The notes under the pieces: generated by a model
Told to the model about the DNA's origin: nothing
Databases searched by the model: none
The model's input: only the letters and a program-made list of their open reading frames with translations
Source: Gammaproteobacteria bacterium
Lineage (GTDB): Bacteria; Pseudomonadota; Gammaproteobacteria; Steroidobacterales; GCA-2729495
NCBI GenBank assembly: GCA_023383705.1
Contig: JAHDYM010000005.1
Span: 2,695-66,694 of the forward strand
Length of the DNA stretch: 64,000 nucleotides
Reading direction: 5' to 3'
Part shown: positions 28,841 through 37,931 of the stretch, in pieces
Layout: each line of letters opens with the position of its first letter
Numbering within the stretch: the stretch's first letter is position 1
Program-made: the position numbers and the translations under genes

Positions 28841-29890
28841 CTACCAGAACCGGTAGTAGTCGAGCTGGCGGCGCATCTTCAGGTTGCGCAGCAGGTTCAG
28901 CGGCTTCCGGTCCTGCCAGCCGCCGGCCAGCATCTCTTCCACGGCATCCATTATGCGGCCGGCGCTCGCACCGTCGCGCCATGGCGTGATGGCCGGGCCA
29001 TAGGCGGCGATTGCCGCCCGCAGTCCGGCATCGGGCGCAAGTGCCCGGACGATCGCCTCGCGCAATTGCCCCGGTTCCTGGATGTCGATGAGAAACGGTC
29101 CCGGATTGCGATTCCGGTAGCTGACGACCGGTTTCCCCAGCAGCAGGAATTCCTGCAGGATCGACGAGTTGTCGCAGACCATGACATCGGCCCGGTGCAG
29201 CAGTTCGATGACCTTGTCGGTGCCGTGGAATTGCAGGTTGTCGCCGGCCAGCGCCTGGTAGCGCGCAACGGTGTCCGGCGCCATCTTCGGATGCAGCGTG
29301 ACCAGCCACTGCCAGTCCGGCGACTTGCTGAGCCGGGCGATCTCCGGGTACAGGGCGTCGGCGCCCGACAGGCTGGGGGTGAAGGTCGAGGCCAGCAGGA
29401 TCTGTGGCCGGGCGTGCGCGCTATCGTCGCCCTGGAAACCGAACAGCGTGTCAAGCTTCAGCCAGCCGGTTTCCCGCACCCGGAAGTAACCGCGTGCGGC
29501 TTCCAGCGGCCTGAGCATCGCCGTCTGTGAAGGACTCTGGGTGCAATAGAGATCGAACAGCCCGCGCTCGGGAATGAGGTTGCCGCGCTTGTCTTCATTG
29601 ATCCCGTGGAATACCTGCACCTTCAGGCCGGGGATGAAGGCGGGTGCGCGATCGCCGGGCGCGAATACCGCATGCGGTGCATACCGCACGGCCGCCGCCG
29701 CATCCGCTACGGCGATCTCGCCCGGCCTGAGCAGGCGCGCCGAGGCATCACCGAACACCAGCCAGCGCACCTCGTGGCCGCGCCGCCGGGCCTCGGCCTG
29801 CAGCGGGCGCAGGATGTCGAAGGAGTAATCCTGTTCGACATAGAACAGCAGCCGTCGCCCGTCGCCGGCTTGTCCAGGGGCGGCATTCAT
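28841..29890 (-). CDS. CDP-glycerol glycerophosphotransferase (TagF)-like protein
   Basis: Start trimmed to MNAAPGQ (CAT at 29888-29890, an ATGA overlap with yejM). ...FHG...HPKM...ADVMVCDNSSILQEFLLLGKPVV resembles the TagB/TagF C-terminal domain. Confidence 0.5.
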   Translation of the reverse strand: MNAAPGQAGDGRRLLFYVEQDYSFDILRPLQAEARRRGHEVRWLVFGDASARLLRPGEIAVADAAAAVRYAPHAVFAPGDRAPAFIPGLKVQVFHGINEDKRGNLIPERGLFDLYCTQSPSQTAMLRPLEAARGYFRVRETGWLKLDTLFGFQGDDSAHARPQILLASTFTPSLSGADALYPEIARLSKSPDWQWLVTLHPKMAPDTVARYQALAGDNLQFHGTDKVIELLHRADVMVCDNSSILQEFLLLGKPVVSYRNRNPGPFLIDIQEPGQLREAIVRALAPDAGLRAAIAAYGPAITPWRDGASAGRIMDAVEEMLAGGWQDRKPLNLLRNLKMRRQLDYYRFW

Positions 29891-31713
29891 CGGTAAAAGC
29901 GCCGCATTTCCAGCAGGGTTGCCTCGATCCGTGCCGGATCGGGCCTGAGGCCCGCCTTGGGCCGGTAATCCGGTCCCAGCACCTCGACGAGCCCGCCCGG
30001 GTAGCTCACGATCAGCTTGTCCGGTTCGACGATCGCATGGCTGTTGTAGCTGCCGGCAATCATCCACTCCCATGACTGCGCGTCAAAGAGGTTGCTGCCG
30101 CTGCTGTAGTCCGACAGCGGATTGCTGCAGCCAAAGACTTCGCGCAGCAGGGTGCCGGGCAGATCCTGGTGTGCGCTGCGATGGGTATAGACCTGCGGTT
30201 CGCGGCCGGGCCAGCGCATGACCAGCGTGGAGCGCAACTGCCAGGGGCCGTAGTTGCTGCCGTGGCCGATGTTGCCGAGGCCCAGTTCGTCGAACTCGTA
30301 GCCGTGGTCGCTCGCCAGGATCACCAGGGTTTCGCGCGGGTTCTGGCTTGCGTCGAGGATGGCCAGCACCTCCTGCAGTTCGTGATCGGCGGCCTTGATG
30401 CCATGCATGTACGCCGCTTCACGTTCTGCCAGTGTGCGCGGCGCTGCCGTGCTCTCGCCGGTTTCGCTGGCTGCGTTGCCGGGATCGTAGTAGAGCAGGT
30501 TGAACCACGGCCGTTCCGGCGCGCTGTGCTTGTCAAACCACTGGCGCCAGGCGCGCGTGATATCGACGTTCCGGTCACCGCCGCGCGGAGCCGCATACAG
30601 CGACTCCGGATCGACAGCAGCGAACACCGTGCGGTCGATCCGTGAGGGGCTGCCGAAGCCGACCGAGCTGAAAGCGGTGATCTCGTAGCCGCGTGCGGTC
30701 AGCTGGTCCATGAGCACTGGCTGGCGCTGCGTGTCGTTGAAGGCCTGCCAGTAGGTACTCGGCAGGCCGTAAAACATGGAGAAGAGCCCCATGCGCGAGG
30801 AGTTGCCGCCGCTGTAGTGGTTCTGGAACTGCAATCCTTCGCCTGCAAACCGGGCGATCCGCGGCGTGTTTTCAGGGCTGATCCGGTCTGGCCGCAGGGC
30901 ATCGATGATGACGAACAGGATATTCGGCAGCCGGGCATCGTCCATCTCGCAGGCCAGCGGGTTCAGCGGATAACGCAGCTGGCCGCTGTCCTGTGCGCCG
31001 GCCTTGCGCAGCAGGCGCGCACGTTCCACCTCCCCGGGATCGATCAGGCCCAGTCGGGCCATGAGGCGGGTGGCCTTCATCGGGAAATACACCGGCATGT
31101 AGCGATTGAAGCCCAGCGCCGGCGCGTAGGCCGTCGCGTCTGCCCAGATGTGGATGCCCTGGCCACCGCACCAGGCGAGCACCAGTGCTGCTGCCAGCCA
31201 GATGCCCTTGCGCCCCCGGCTTGCGACCACCCGTTGCCAGACATTGCCGGCCAGCAGTGCCTCGAACAGCAGCGCGACACAGAAGATGATGCCGGCAAAA
31301 ATCCAGGTGGAGGTCTCGAAGATCTGCGCGGTCAGCGCGCTCATGTGATAGCGGTATTCCGCAAACACATTCGTGTCGAGCGTCAGGATGGTCAGGGCGG
31401 CTGCGGCAACCGGCACGCCGATCGCCATCAGCAGGCCCTTGCGCGGCACCAGCAGCGCGAGCGGGCCGAGCAGCAACATCAGCGGGAGCCAGCCGAGCAG
31501 GGCGAACTGGCCGATGAAGGCCAGCGCGACATAAATGAGCGCCAGACCCGTCTCCGGCATGCCGAAGGCCAGCAGGTAACGCAGCCCGACCAGGCCATAC
31601 AGCGCTGCGTTGGCGATGCTGAACCAGCCGATCCAGCGCAGCAGCGTGCCGCGCGTCGGTGGGCGGGTTGGGGTCGGAACAGCGGTCACTGAGGGTCTAC
31701 TCCGGGTGGGCAT
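29887..31713 (-). CDS. yejM: YejM/PbgA(LapC)-like inner-membrane protein with sulfatase-fold periplasmic domain
   Basis: 608 aa. It has an N-terminal multi-TM DUF3413-like region, then NILFVIIDALRPD...SGGNSSRMG...LILASDHGYEF, an alkaline-phosphatase superfamily domain. Confidence 0.75.
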   Translation of the reverse strand: MPTRSRPSVTAVPTPTRPPTRGTLLRWIGWFSIANAALYGLVGLRYLLAFGMPETGLALIYVALAFIGQFALLGWLPLMLLLGPLALLVPRKGLLMAIGVPVAAAALTILTLDTNVFAEYRYHMSALTAQIFETSTWIFAGIIFCVALLFEALLAGNVWQRVVASRGRKGIWLAAALVLAWCGGQGIHIWADATAYAPALGFNRYMPVYFPMKATRLMARLGLIDPGEVERARLLRKAGAQDSGQLRYPLNPLACEMDDARLPNILFVIIDALRPDRISPENTPRIARFAGEGLQFQNHYSGGNSSRMGLFSMFYGLPSTYWQAFNDTQRQPVLMDQLTARGYEITAFSSVGFGSPSRIDRTVFAAVDPESLYAAPRGGDRNVDITRAWRQWFDKHSAPERPWFNLLYYDPGNAASETGESTAAPRTLAEREAAYMHGIKAADHELQEVLAILDASQNPRETLVILASDHGYEFDELGLGNIGHGSNYGPWQLRSTLVMRWPGREPQVYTHRSAHQDLPGTLLREVFGCSNPLSDYSSGSNLFDAQSWEWMIAGSYNSHAIVEPDKLIVSYPGGLVEVLGPDYRPKAGLRPDPARIEATLLEMRRFYR

Positions 31714-31781
31714 GGCGTGGCAGGGCAGGATTCTAGATCAGACCCCCCGGTGAAGCTTGATTGTGTTGAATGGACGTATTG

Positions 31782-31805
31782 CGTTATATAGGGACATATA
31801 TAACG
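31782..31805. promoter_or_regulatory. ModE operator (molybdate-responsive repressor binding site)
   Basis: CGTTATATA-GGGACA-TATATAACG is a 24-bp perfect palindrome. It has the same length and half-sites as the E. coli modA operator CGTTATAT-N8-ACATAACG. It lies 16 nt upstream of the receptor ATG, and modE is encoded downstream in the same gene string. Confidence 0.8.
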
Positions 31806-31820
31806 AACGCAGAGGAACAA

Positions 31821-33839
31821 ATGGACCGGTATCAGACGACTGACGCGATGGACCCTGTGCACCAGTGCCGGTGGGTGATTCTCGGTGCCATGGCGCTGCT
31901 GGCGATGTTTTGCCCGGGCCTGTCGGTGGCTGCCGGGAGCGTTACGCCGTCTGAACTGGGCACCGTGCTCGTGACTGCGAAACGACTGACGGTCGGCGAA
32001 GTTGGTCCGGACCAGGTGGCATCCCTCGTCGGGCAGCAAGCGATGCGGGACTTCAACCGCGACAATGTCGGCGACGCACTGAACCTTCTGTCCGGAGTCA
32101 CTCTGTCAACCAACTCGCGCAATGAAAAGACGATCGCGATTCGCGGCTTCGACTCACGACAGGTCCCGTTGTTCATGGATGGCGTGCCCGTCTATGTGCC
32201 CTATGACGGCTATGTGGACTTCAGTCGATTCACGACGGCCGACCTGGCTGCCATCCAGGTGGCGAAGGGCTTCAGTTCGCTGGCCTACGGGCCCAACACG
32301 CTCGGTGGTGCCATCAACCTCATTTCGCGCAGGCCGACTGAGCGCTTCGAGGCCGATGGCCGGATCAGTGCCGGAGCGGGTGAGGAGCGGCAGCTGGCCC
32401 TCAACCTCGGAACCAGGCAAGAGCAGTGGTACCTGCAGGCCGGTGTGTCCCGGGCCGAGGCCGATTATTTCCGCCTGTCGTCGGACTTTGTGCCGACTGC
32501 CACAGAGAACGGTGGTGTCCGGGATAACTCCGCACGCAGCGATGACAAGATCTCGTTCAAGCTGGGCCTGACACCCAACCTGAACGATGAATATGTCCTC
32601 AGCTACTACCGGCAGGATGGCGAGAAAGGGCAGCCGCCATCGACGATTCCAGCCGATGCCCGCTACTGGAAGTGGCCGTATTGGGACAAGGAAGGCATTG
32701 CGCTGCTCACGAATACCGCGCTGGGCGACAAGGAAAGCCTGAAAACGCGCTTCTATGCCGATGACTACGGCAACGAAGTGAACAGCTATACCGACAGCAG
32801 CTACACCACGCTCAAGACCTCCGGCAGGGGCAGCGTCAGCACGGGCCGCAGTATCTACGACGACCGTGCCAAGGGTGGGTCGCTGACGCTTGAGTCGGTG
32901 CGTCTGGCAGCGAACACCATCCGCCTGTTTGCCAGCTACAGGACGGACGAACACCGTGAAAAAGACGCCAATGGCGTGCAGAACAGCCACTTCAAGGATG
33001 AGCTGGCCTCGTATGGGCTGGAAGACAATATCCAGCTGTCACCGGCATGGCTGTTGTCACTCGGCATCAGTCGCGACGAACTGCGTCCGGAGGCCGTCTA
33101 CAGCGCCGGCAACGCTTACTCATTGCCTGACAGCAAGGACGCGACCAATGTACAGGCGGGGCTCTTCCACGACTGGTCGGACAGCGTCCGGTTCTATGCC
33201 ACCGTGGCCAGAAAATCTCGCTTGCCGACGCTCAAGGACCGGTATTCGCAACGGCTCGGCACCTATATCGAGAATCCGGATCTGCAGCCCGAAGAATCGC
33301 TCAACTATGAGGTCGGTTACCAGGGCATTGTCCGTGAAACCATCCGCAGCGAAGCGGCGGTGTTCTACAGCGATGTCGATGACAAGATCCAGTCGGTTGC
33401 CAATGTGTCGGGCAACCTGTCGCAGATGCAGAATATCGGCAAGGTCCGCATTTCCGGCCTGGAACTCGCCATGCACGACCAGGTCTCTGCACGGATCGCG
33501 GCCGGTTTTTCTTTTACGCTGATCGACCGGGACAACCGTGCCACGGCGAGCCGCCTGACCGATGTACCGCGCCAGAAACTGACCCTGGATGCCCGGTTCG
33601 AGGCCGCGAACGACATCGACCTGATTGCATTGCTCGAAGCCAACAGCAGTCGCTGGGTGTCCGATACGGCCGAGCTTGCCGGCTTCGCAACGACGAGCCT
33701 GAAGGCTGTCTGGCGAGCGACCCCGCAACTGGCTGTGGAAGCCGGGGCAAGCAATGTCTTTGACAGGGACTACGCCCTGGCAGATGGCTTCCCGTCGGCT
33801 GGCCGGATGTGGTTTGCGGGCGCCAGCTGCCAGTTCTGA
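31821..33839 (+). CDS. TonB-dependent outer-membrane receptor
   Basis: Start set at ATG 31821 (GAGG 5 nt upstream), because the earlier in-frame ATG at 31770 would place the ModE box inside the CDS. It has a signal peptide, a plug domain (IAIRGFDSRQVPLFMDGVPV) and a barrel ending ...FAGASCQF. Confidence 0.85.
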   Translation: MDRYQTTDAMDPVHQCRWVILGAMALLAMFCPGLSVAAGSVTPSELGTVLVTAKRLTVGEVGPDQVASLVGQQAMRDFNRDNVGDALNLLSGVTLSTNSRNEKTIAIRGFDSRQVPLFMDGVPVYVPYDGYVDFSRFTTADLAAIQVAKGFSSLAYGPNTLGGAINLISRRPTERFEADGRISAGAGEERQLALNLGTRQEQWYLQAGVSRAEADYFRLSSDFVPTATENGGVRDNSARSDDKISFKLGLTPNLNDEYVLSYYRQDGEKGQPPSTIPADARYWKWPYWDKEGIALLTNTALGDKESLKTRFYADDYGNEVNSYTDSSYTTLKTSGRGSVSTGRSIYDDRAKGGSLTLESVRLAANTIRLFASYRTDEHREKDANGVQNSHFKDELASYGLEDNIQLSPAWLLSLGISRDELRPEAVYSAGNAYSLPDSKDATNVQAGLFHDWSDSVRFYATVARKSRLPTLKDRYSQRLGTYIENPDLQPEESLNYEVGYQGIVRETIRSEAAVFYSDVDDKIQSVANVSGNLSQMQNIGKVRISGLELAMHDQVSARIAAGFSFTLIDRDNRATASRLTDVPRQKLTLDARFEAANDIDLIALLEANSSRWVSDTAELAGFATTSLKAVWRATPQLAVEAGASNVFDRDYALADGFPSAGRMWFAGASCQF

Positions 33840-33859
33840 AACCTGTGGAGAATTGCGTC

Positions 33860-34399
33860 ATGAAGAAGTTCCTTTGCCTGTGCTGCGTGCTGCTGGCGTC
33901 CCTGGGTGCTCGCCCGGGTGCCGCGGCCGACGGTGTTTCCGGGCAGCCACCGCCGGCCAGACAGATTTTCGTGAGTGGTGCCGTACAGCAGCCGTTGACG
34001 CTGGGTGTCCCCGAGTTGCTGGAATTTCCCCCACAGCAGATCAGCGAGGTGCAGCTGATCTGCCAGAGCGGTGCCAACAAGGGGCAGCTGGAAAATCTCA
34101 GGGGTGTATTGCTCAGGGATATATTGACCAGGGCGCAGGTGTTGGCACCGGGGCACAATGACGTGAAGAAAATGATCGTCGTTGCCAGTGCCACGGATGG
34201 CTATACGGTTGTCTTCTCGTGGAGCGAGATTTTCAATTCACCGGTGGGCGATGGCGTGATCGTGTTCTTTGAAAAGGACCGCGCGCCGCTGGCTGACAAT
34301 GAAGGCCCGATCGCGCTGGTGTCCCGGCTGGATACCCGTACCGGGCCGCGCCATGTGCGCTGGCTGAAGTCCATAGAGGTCCGGAAAGTGGCAGACTGA
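33860..34399 (+). CDS. small secreted protein with SUOX/YedY-type molybdopterin-binding oxidoreductase-like domain
   Basis: Start set at ATG 33860, giving 179 aa. The signal peptide is MKKFLCLCCVLLASLGARPGAAA. ...ICQSGANKG...ATDGYTVVFSWSEI...LVSRLDTRTGPRHVRWLKSIEV resembles the Mo-cofactor domain of sulfite-oxidase-fold proteins but is much shorter. Confidence 0.5.
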   Translation: MKKFLCLCCVLLASLGARPGAAADGVSGQPPPARQIFVSGAVQQPLTLGVPELLEFPPQQISEVQLICQSGANKGQLENLRGVLLRDILTRAQVLAPGHNDVKKMIVVASATDGYTVVFSWSEIFNSPVGDGVIVFFEKDRAPLADNEGPIALVSRLDTRTGPRHVRWLKSIEVRKVAD

Positions 34400-34429
34400 C
34401 AGCCATCTGCTGATACCGGGAGCCGGCGA

Positions 34430-35245
34430 GTGGCAAAGAAGGCACACATCGAGGTCGGTGGGTCCCTGTGGCTGGCGAGCGCTGGCAAAGATGGTCCTGC
34501 GGCGGGCCACGGCCGTATTTCCCTGTTGCGCGCCATCGATGCGCACGGGTCGATCAGTGCCGCCGCACGTGAAATGGGCATGAGCTACAAGGCCGCCTGG
34601 GATGCGATCGATGCGATCAACAACCTTGCCGGCACGCCGCTGGTGGTGCGTGAGACCGGCGGCAAGGGCGGTGGTGGCACCCGGCTGACGCCGCACGGCA
34701 AGCGCTTTATCGAATCTTTCGCGTTGATCGACACGGCCCATCAGCGCTTCCTGCACGATGTCACAGCTGCGCTGTCGGATGGCGGCGACACCCTGAAACT
34801 GCTGCGGAGACTCGCCATGAAAACGTCGGCCCGAAACCAGTTCTACGGCAAGGTTGCCGTGCTCCGCCGCGGTGCCGTCAACGATGAGGTAGAGCTGGAA
34901 CTGCCAGGCGGTGATCGTATCGTCGCGATCATCACGCATGAAAGTACTGCAGAACTGGGCCTGGCGGTGGGCAGTGATGCGGTTGCCATGGTGAAGGCTT
35001 CGTGGGTTCTGCTTGGAGCCGGCGACAGTCCGCTGAAACTGTCGGCGCGCAACCAGCTGCATGGCAAGGTACGGAAGGTCGTGAAAGGTGCGGTGAATGC
35101 GGAGGTTGCGGTCGAGTTGTCTGGCGGGACCGTCGTGACTGCCATCGTCACGAACGGCAGTATCGACAGCCTGGGACTTGCGGTCGGCAGGCCCGCTGTC
35201 GTCCTTTTCAAGGCGTCGAGCGTCATAATCGGAGTAGCGGCATGA
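34430..35245 (+). CDS. modE: molybdate-dependent transcriptional regulator ModE (HTH plus two Mop/TOBE domains)
   Basis: GTG start. GSISAAAREMGMSYKAAWDAIDAINNLAGTPLVVRETGGKGGGGTRLT aligns closely with E. coli ModE. Two SARNQ-initiated Mop repeats follow. Confidence 0.95.
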   Translation: MAKKAHIEVGGSLWLASAGKDGPAAGHGRISLLRAIDAHGSISAAAREMGMSYKAAWDAIDAINNLAGTPLVVRETGGKGGGGTRLTPHGKRFIESFALIDTAHQRFLHDVTAALSDGGDTLKLLRRLAMKTSARNQFYGKVAVLRRGAVNDEVELELPGGDRIVAIITHESTAELGLAVGSDAVAMVKASWVLLGAGDSPLKLSARNQLHGKVRKVVKGAVNAEVAVELSGGTVVTAIVTNGSIDSLGLAVGRPAVVLFKASSVIIGVAA

Positions 35246-36021
35246 GACGTTCAGCATCTGCCTGTTGCCTTGCCCTGATTCTGCTGGTCGCGCTGCTTCC
35301 TGCTGTTGCCGGCGCCGGCTCGATTACGGTAGCGGCCGCATCGGACCTCAAGTTCGCGATGTCGGAAATCGTCGCCGGTTTTCAGGCCGCGCATCCGGAT
35401 GACACCATCGAGGTGGTCTACGGCTCGTCCGGCAAGTTCCATGCGCAGATCGCCAATGGCGCGCCCTTCGACCTGTTCTTCTCCGCGGATATCGCCTACC
35501 CGCGTGCACTGGAACAGCAGGGCCTGAGCAGCGGAGCGACAAGGCCCTATGCGGTCGGCCGCATCGTCCTGTGGAGCCTCCGGCCGGAACTCGGCCGCTT
35601 GTCCCTGCAGGAGCTGCCGACGGCGGCCATCCGCAAGTTCGCCATTGCCAATCCTGAGCACGCGCCCTACGGCAAGCGCGCGCAGGAGGCGCTGGAGCAT
35701 GCGGGCGTGTGGATGGCGATGGCGCCGAAGCTGGTGCGGGGCGAGAATATCGCGCAGACCGCGCAGTTCATCGACAGCGGTGCCGCCGATGCCGGCATCG
35801 TCGCGCTGTCGCTGGTGCTGGCACCGGACCTCAAGGGCAAGGGGACATGGACGCTGATTCCCGACAGCTGGCATGAGCCGCTGGAGCAGGGCTATGTGAT
35901 CACCAGGCGTGCCGAAGCGAATCCGCTGGCCGCTGCCTTTGCGGCCTGGATCGAGACTGATGCGACGCGTGAGATACTGCGCCGCTACGGTTTCGCGCTG
36001 CCGGGCGAGGGGACGCAGTAG
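35242..36021 (+). CDS. modA: molybdate ABC transporter periplasmic binding protein
   Basis: ATG 35242 overlaps the modE stop (ATGA). It has a signal peptide. ITVAAASDLKFAM...VVYGSSGKF..QI..GAPFDLFFSAD is ModA-like. Confidence 0.9.
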   Translation: MRRSASACCLALILLVALLPAVAGAGSITVAAASDLKFAMSEIVAGFQAAHPDDTIEVVYGSSGKFHAQIANGAPFDLFFSADIAYPRALEQQGLSSGATRPYAVGRIVLWSLRPELGRLSLQELPTAAIRKFAIANPEHAPYGKRAQEALEHAGVWMAMAPKLVRGENIAQTAQFIDSGAADAGIVALSLVLAPDLKGKGTWTLIPDSWHEPLEQGYVITRRAEANPLAAAFAAWIETDATREILRRYGFALPGEGTQ

Positions 36022-36023
36022 GC

Positions 36024-36701
36024 ATGTCGGGGGCAGACCTGCAGGCCTTGCGGACGACGCTCGCGCTCGCTGCCCTCACCACGCTGATCCTGTTGCTGGT
36101 CGGCACGCCGCTGGCCTGGTGGCTGGCGCGCACCCGCGCGCGCGCCGCGCTGCTGCTCGAAGCCGTGGTGGCCCTGCCACTCGTGCTGCCGCCGACGGTA
36201 CTCGGTTTCTACATGCTGGTGGCGCTGGGTCCGCAGGGGCCCGTGGGCGGCCTGCTGCAATCCTTCGGCCTGCCGCACCTGGCCTTCACCTTTACCGGAC
36301 TCGTGCTCGCGTCCACGCTCTATTCACTGCCCTTCATGGTGCAGCCGTTGCGGGACGCTTTTGTCGCCGTCGGCCGCCAGATGACGGAATCCGCGGCGAC
36401 GCTGCGGGCCGGCCCCTGGGACCGCTTCTTCAGCATCGTCGTGCCCATGTCGAGACGCGGCTTTATCACGGCGATTACGCTCTGCTTCGCGCACACGGTG
36501 GGTGAGTTCGGCGTGGTGCTGATGGTCGGTGGCAATATCCCGGGCGAAACCCGCGTGCTCTCGATCGCCATCTACGACCACGCCGAAGCGCTGGACTACG
36601 CTTCCGCACATCTGCTGGCCGGCAGCCTGCTGGTGGCGTCTTTCCTGCTGCTGCTCGGCGTGTATGCGATGAACCGGCGGCACCGCCTGGCGCAGTCTTG
36701 A
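36024..36701 (+). CDS. modB: molybdate ABC transporter permease
   Basis: 225 aa and hydrophobic. It has an EAA-loop-type segment (ESAATLRAGPWDRFFSIVVP). It sits between modA and modC. Confidence 0.9.
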   Translation: MSGADLQALRTTLALAALTTLILLLVGTPLAWWLARTRARAALLLEAVVALPLVLPPTVLGFYMLVALGPQGPVGGLLQSFGLPHLAFTFTGLVLASTLYSLPFMVQPLRDAFVAVGRQMTESAATLRAGPWDRFFSIVVPMSRRGFITAITLCFAHTVGEFGVVLMVGGNIPGETRVLSIAIYDHAEALDYASAHLLAGSLLVASFLLLLGVYAMNRRHRLAQS

Positions 36702-37768
36702 GCATTGCGGCACGCTTTCAGCTGGCCTGGCCGGGCTTCAGCCTGGATGTGGATCTGCGTATTCCCGCCACGGGCGTGACAGCGCTGTACGGCCCTTCCG
36801 GTTCGGGCAAGACCACGCTGCTGCGCTGCGTGGCCGGTCTGGAGCGCGCAGCCTCTGGTGTTCTCGCGCTCGGCGACGAGATCTGGCAGGACCAGACGCA
36901 GTTCCTGCCGACCCACCGGCGCGCGCTCGGCTATGTCTTCCAGGACGCGGCGCTGTTCCCGCACCTGAGCGTGCAGGAGAATCTCGAGTTCGGGCTCCGG
37001 CGCATCGCTGCCGGCGATCGTCGTGTTTCGCTCGACGAGGCCGTCGACCTGCTCGGGATACGGTCTTTGCTTTCCCGTCGGCCCGAACGTCTTTCCGGTG
37101 GTGAACGCCAGCGCGTGGCCATCGCGCGTGCGCTGGCTGTGAGTCCGCGCCTGCTGCTGCTCGACGAACCGCTGGCCGCACTCGATCTCGCGCGCAAGCG
37201 GGAAATCCTGCCGTATCTGCAGCGCCTGCACGAGACGCTGCAGATCCCGGTGCTCTACGTCACGCATTCACCGGATGAGGTCGCGCGCCTTGCCGATCAC
37301 CTCGTCGTGCTGAACCAGGGGCGCGTGCTTGCCAGCGGCCCGGTGGCGACCGTGATGTCGCGGCTCGATCTGCCCGGCAGCCACGAGGATGATGCAGGTG
37401 TGGTGCTCGAGGCCACGGTTGCCGGGCGGGATGCCGAGTGGCACCTGCTGCGCGTGGAGGTTCCGGGTGGCAGCCTGTGGGTGCAGGACAACGGGGTGGC
37501 GATCGGTCGCAGGCTGCGCCTGCGGGTGCTGGCCCGCGACGTGAGCCTCGCGCTCAGCCGCGCCGACGACGTCAGCTTCCTCAATCTGCTGCCGGCCACG
37601 GTCACGGCGATCGCGGCGAGTGCCCATCCGGCCGCCAGGCTGGCGCAGATCGATGTGGGCGGCACCCTGCTGCTCGCCCGCCTGACCGCACGCTCGGTGC
37701 ATGCGCTGGACCTGCAGCCCGGCAAGCAGGTCTGGGCACAGCTCAAGTCCGTGGCTGTCATCGAGTAG
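36698..37768 (+). CDS. modC: molybdate ABC transporter ATPase with C-terminal TOBE/Mop domain
   Basis: TTG start overlapping the modB stop. Walker A is GPSGSGKTT, the signature is LSGGERQRVAIARAL, and Walker B is LLLLDEP. A TOBE tail follows. Confidence 0.9.
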   Translation: MSIAARFQLAWPGFSLDVDLRIPATGVTALYGPSGSGKTTLLRCVAGLERAASGVLALGDEIWQDQTQFLPTHRRALGYVFQDAALFPHLSVQENLEFGLRRIAAGDRRVSLDEAVDLLGIRSLLSRRPERLSGGERQRVAIARALAVSPRLLLLDEPLAALDLARKREILPYLQRLHETLQIPVLYVTHSPDEVARLADHLVVLNQGRVLASGPVATVMSRLDLPGSHEDDAGVVLEATVAGRDAEWHLLRVEVPGGSLWVQDNGVAIGRRLRLRVLARDVSLALSRADDVSFLNLLPATVTAIAASAHPAARLAQIDVGGTLLLARLTARSVHALDLQPGKQVWAQLKSVAVIE

Positions 37769-37902
37769 CTGCCACCCCCCCCTGTGGACAGCGGTCCCCC
37801 GGCATTTCGGGTAACGAAGCGTTGTTGAACGGAAGGCGGCCAAGCCCCCATCGCCCTGACATCAGAATCGAAATTCATTTATAGAAACCCCGTTACGACA
37901 TA

Positions 37903-37931
37903 TTGACAAGGCCAGCGTTGCCCAGTACTGT
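37903..37931 (+). promoter_or_regulatory. putative sigma70 promoter of the R-M/defence operon, bracketed by an 11-bp inverted repeat
   Basis: TTGACA (37903-37908), 17-nt spacer, TACTGT (37926-37931). It sits in an A/T-rich stretch about 40 nt upstream of ATG 37971. CCGTTACGACA (37890-37900) and TGTCGTAACGG (37947-37957) flank it. Confidence 0.4.

Noticed and set aside
31770-31820. Earlier in-frame ATG (31770) for the TonB-dependent receptor
   Set aside because: It would put the 24-bp ModE palindrome inside the coding region and add a non-signal-like N-terminus (MDVLRYIGTYITNAEEQ). ATG 31821 has a GAGG ribosome-binding site.
37775-37782. C8 homopolymer just after modC, considered as a phase-variation tract for the R-M operon
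   Set aside because: It lies about 120 nt upstream of the candidate -35 box and outside any ORF. Eight residues is short for slipped-strand switching, and nothing ties it to expression.
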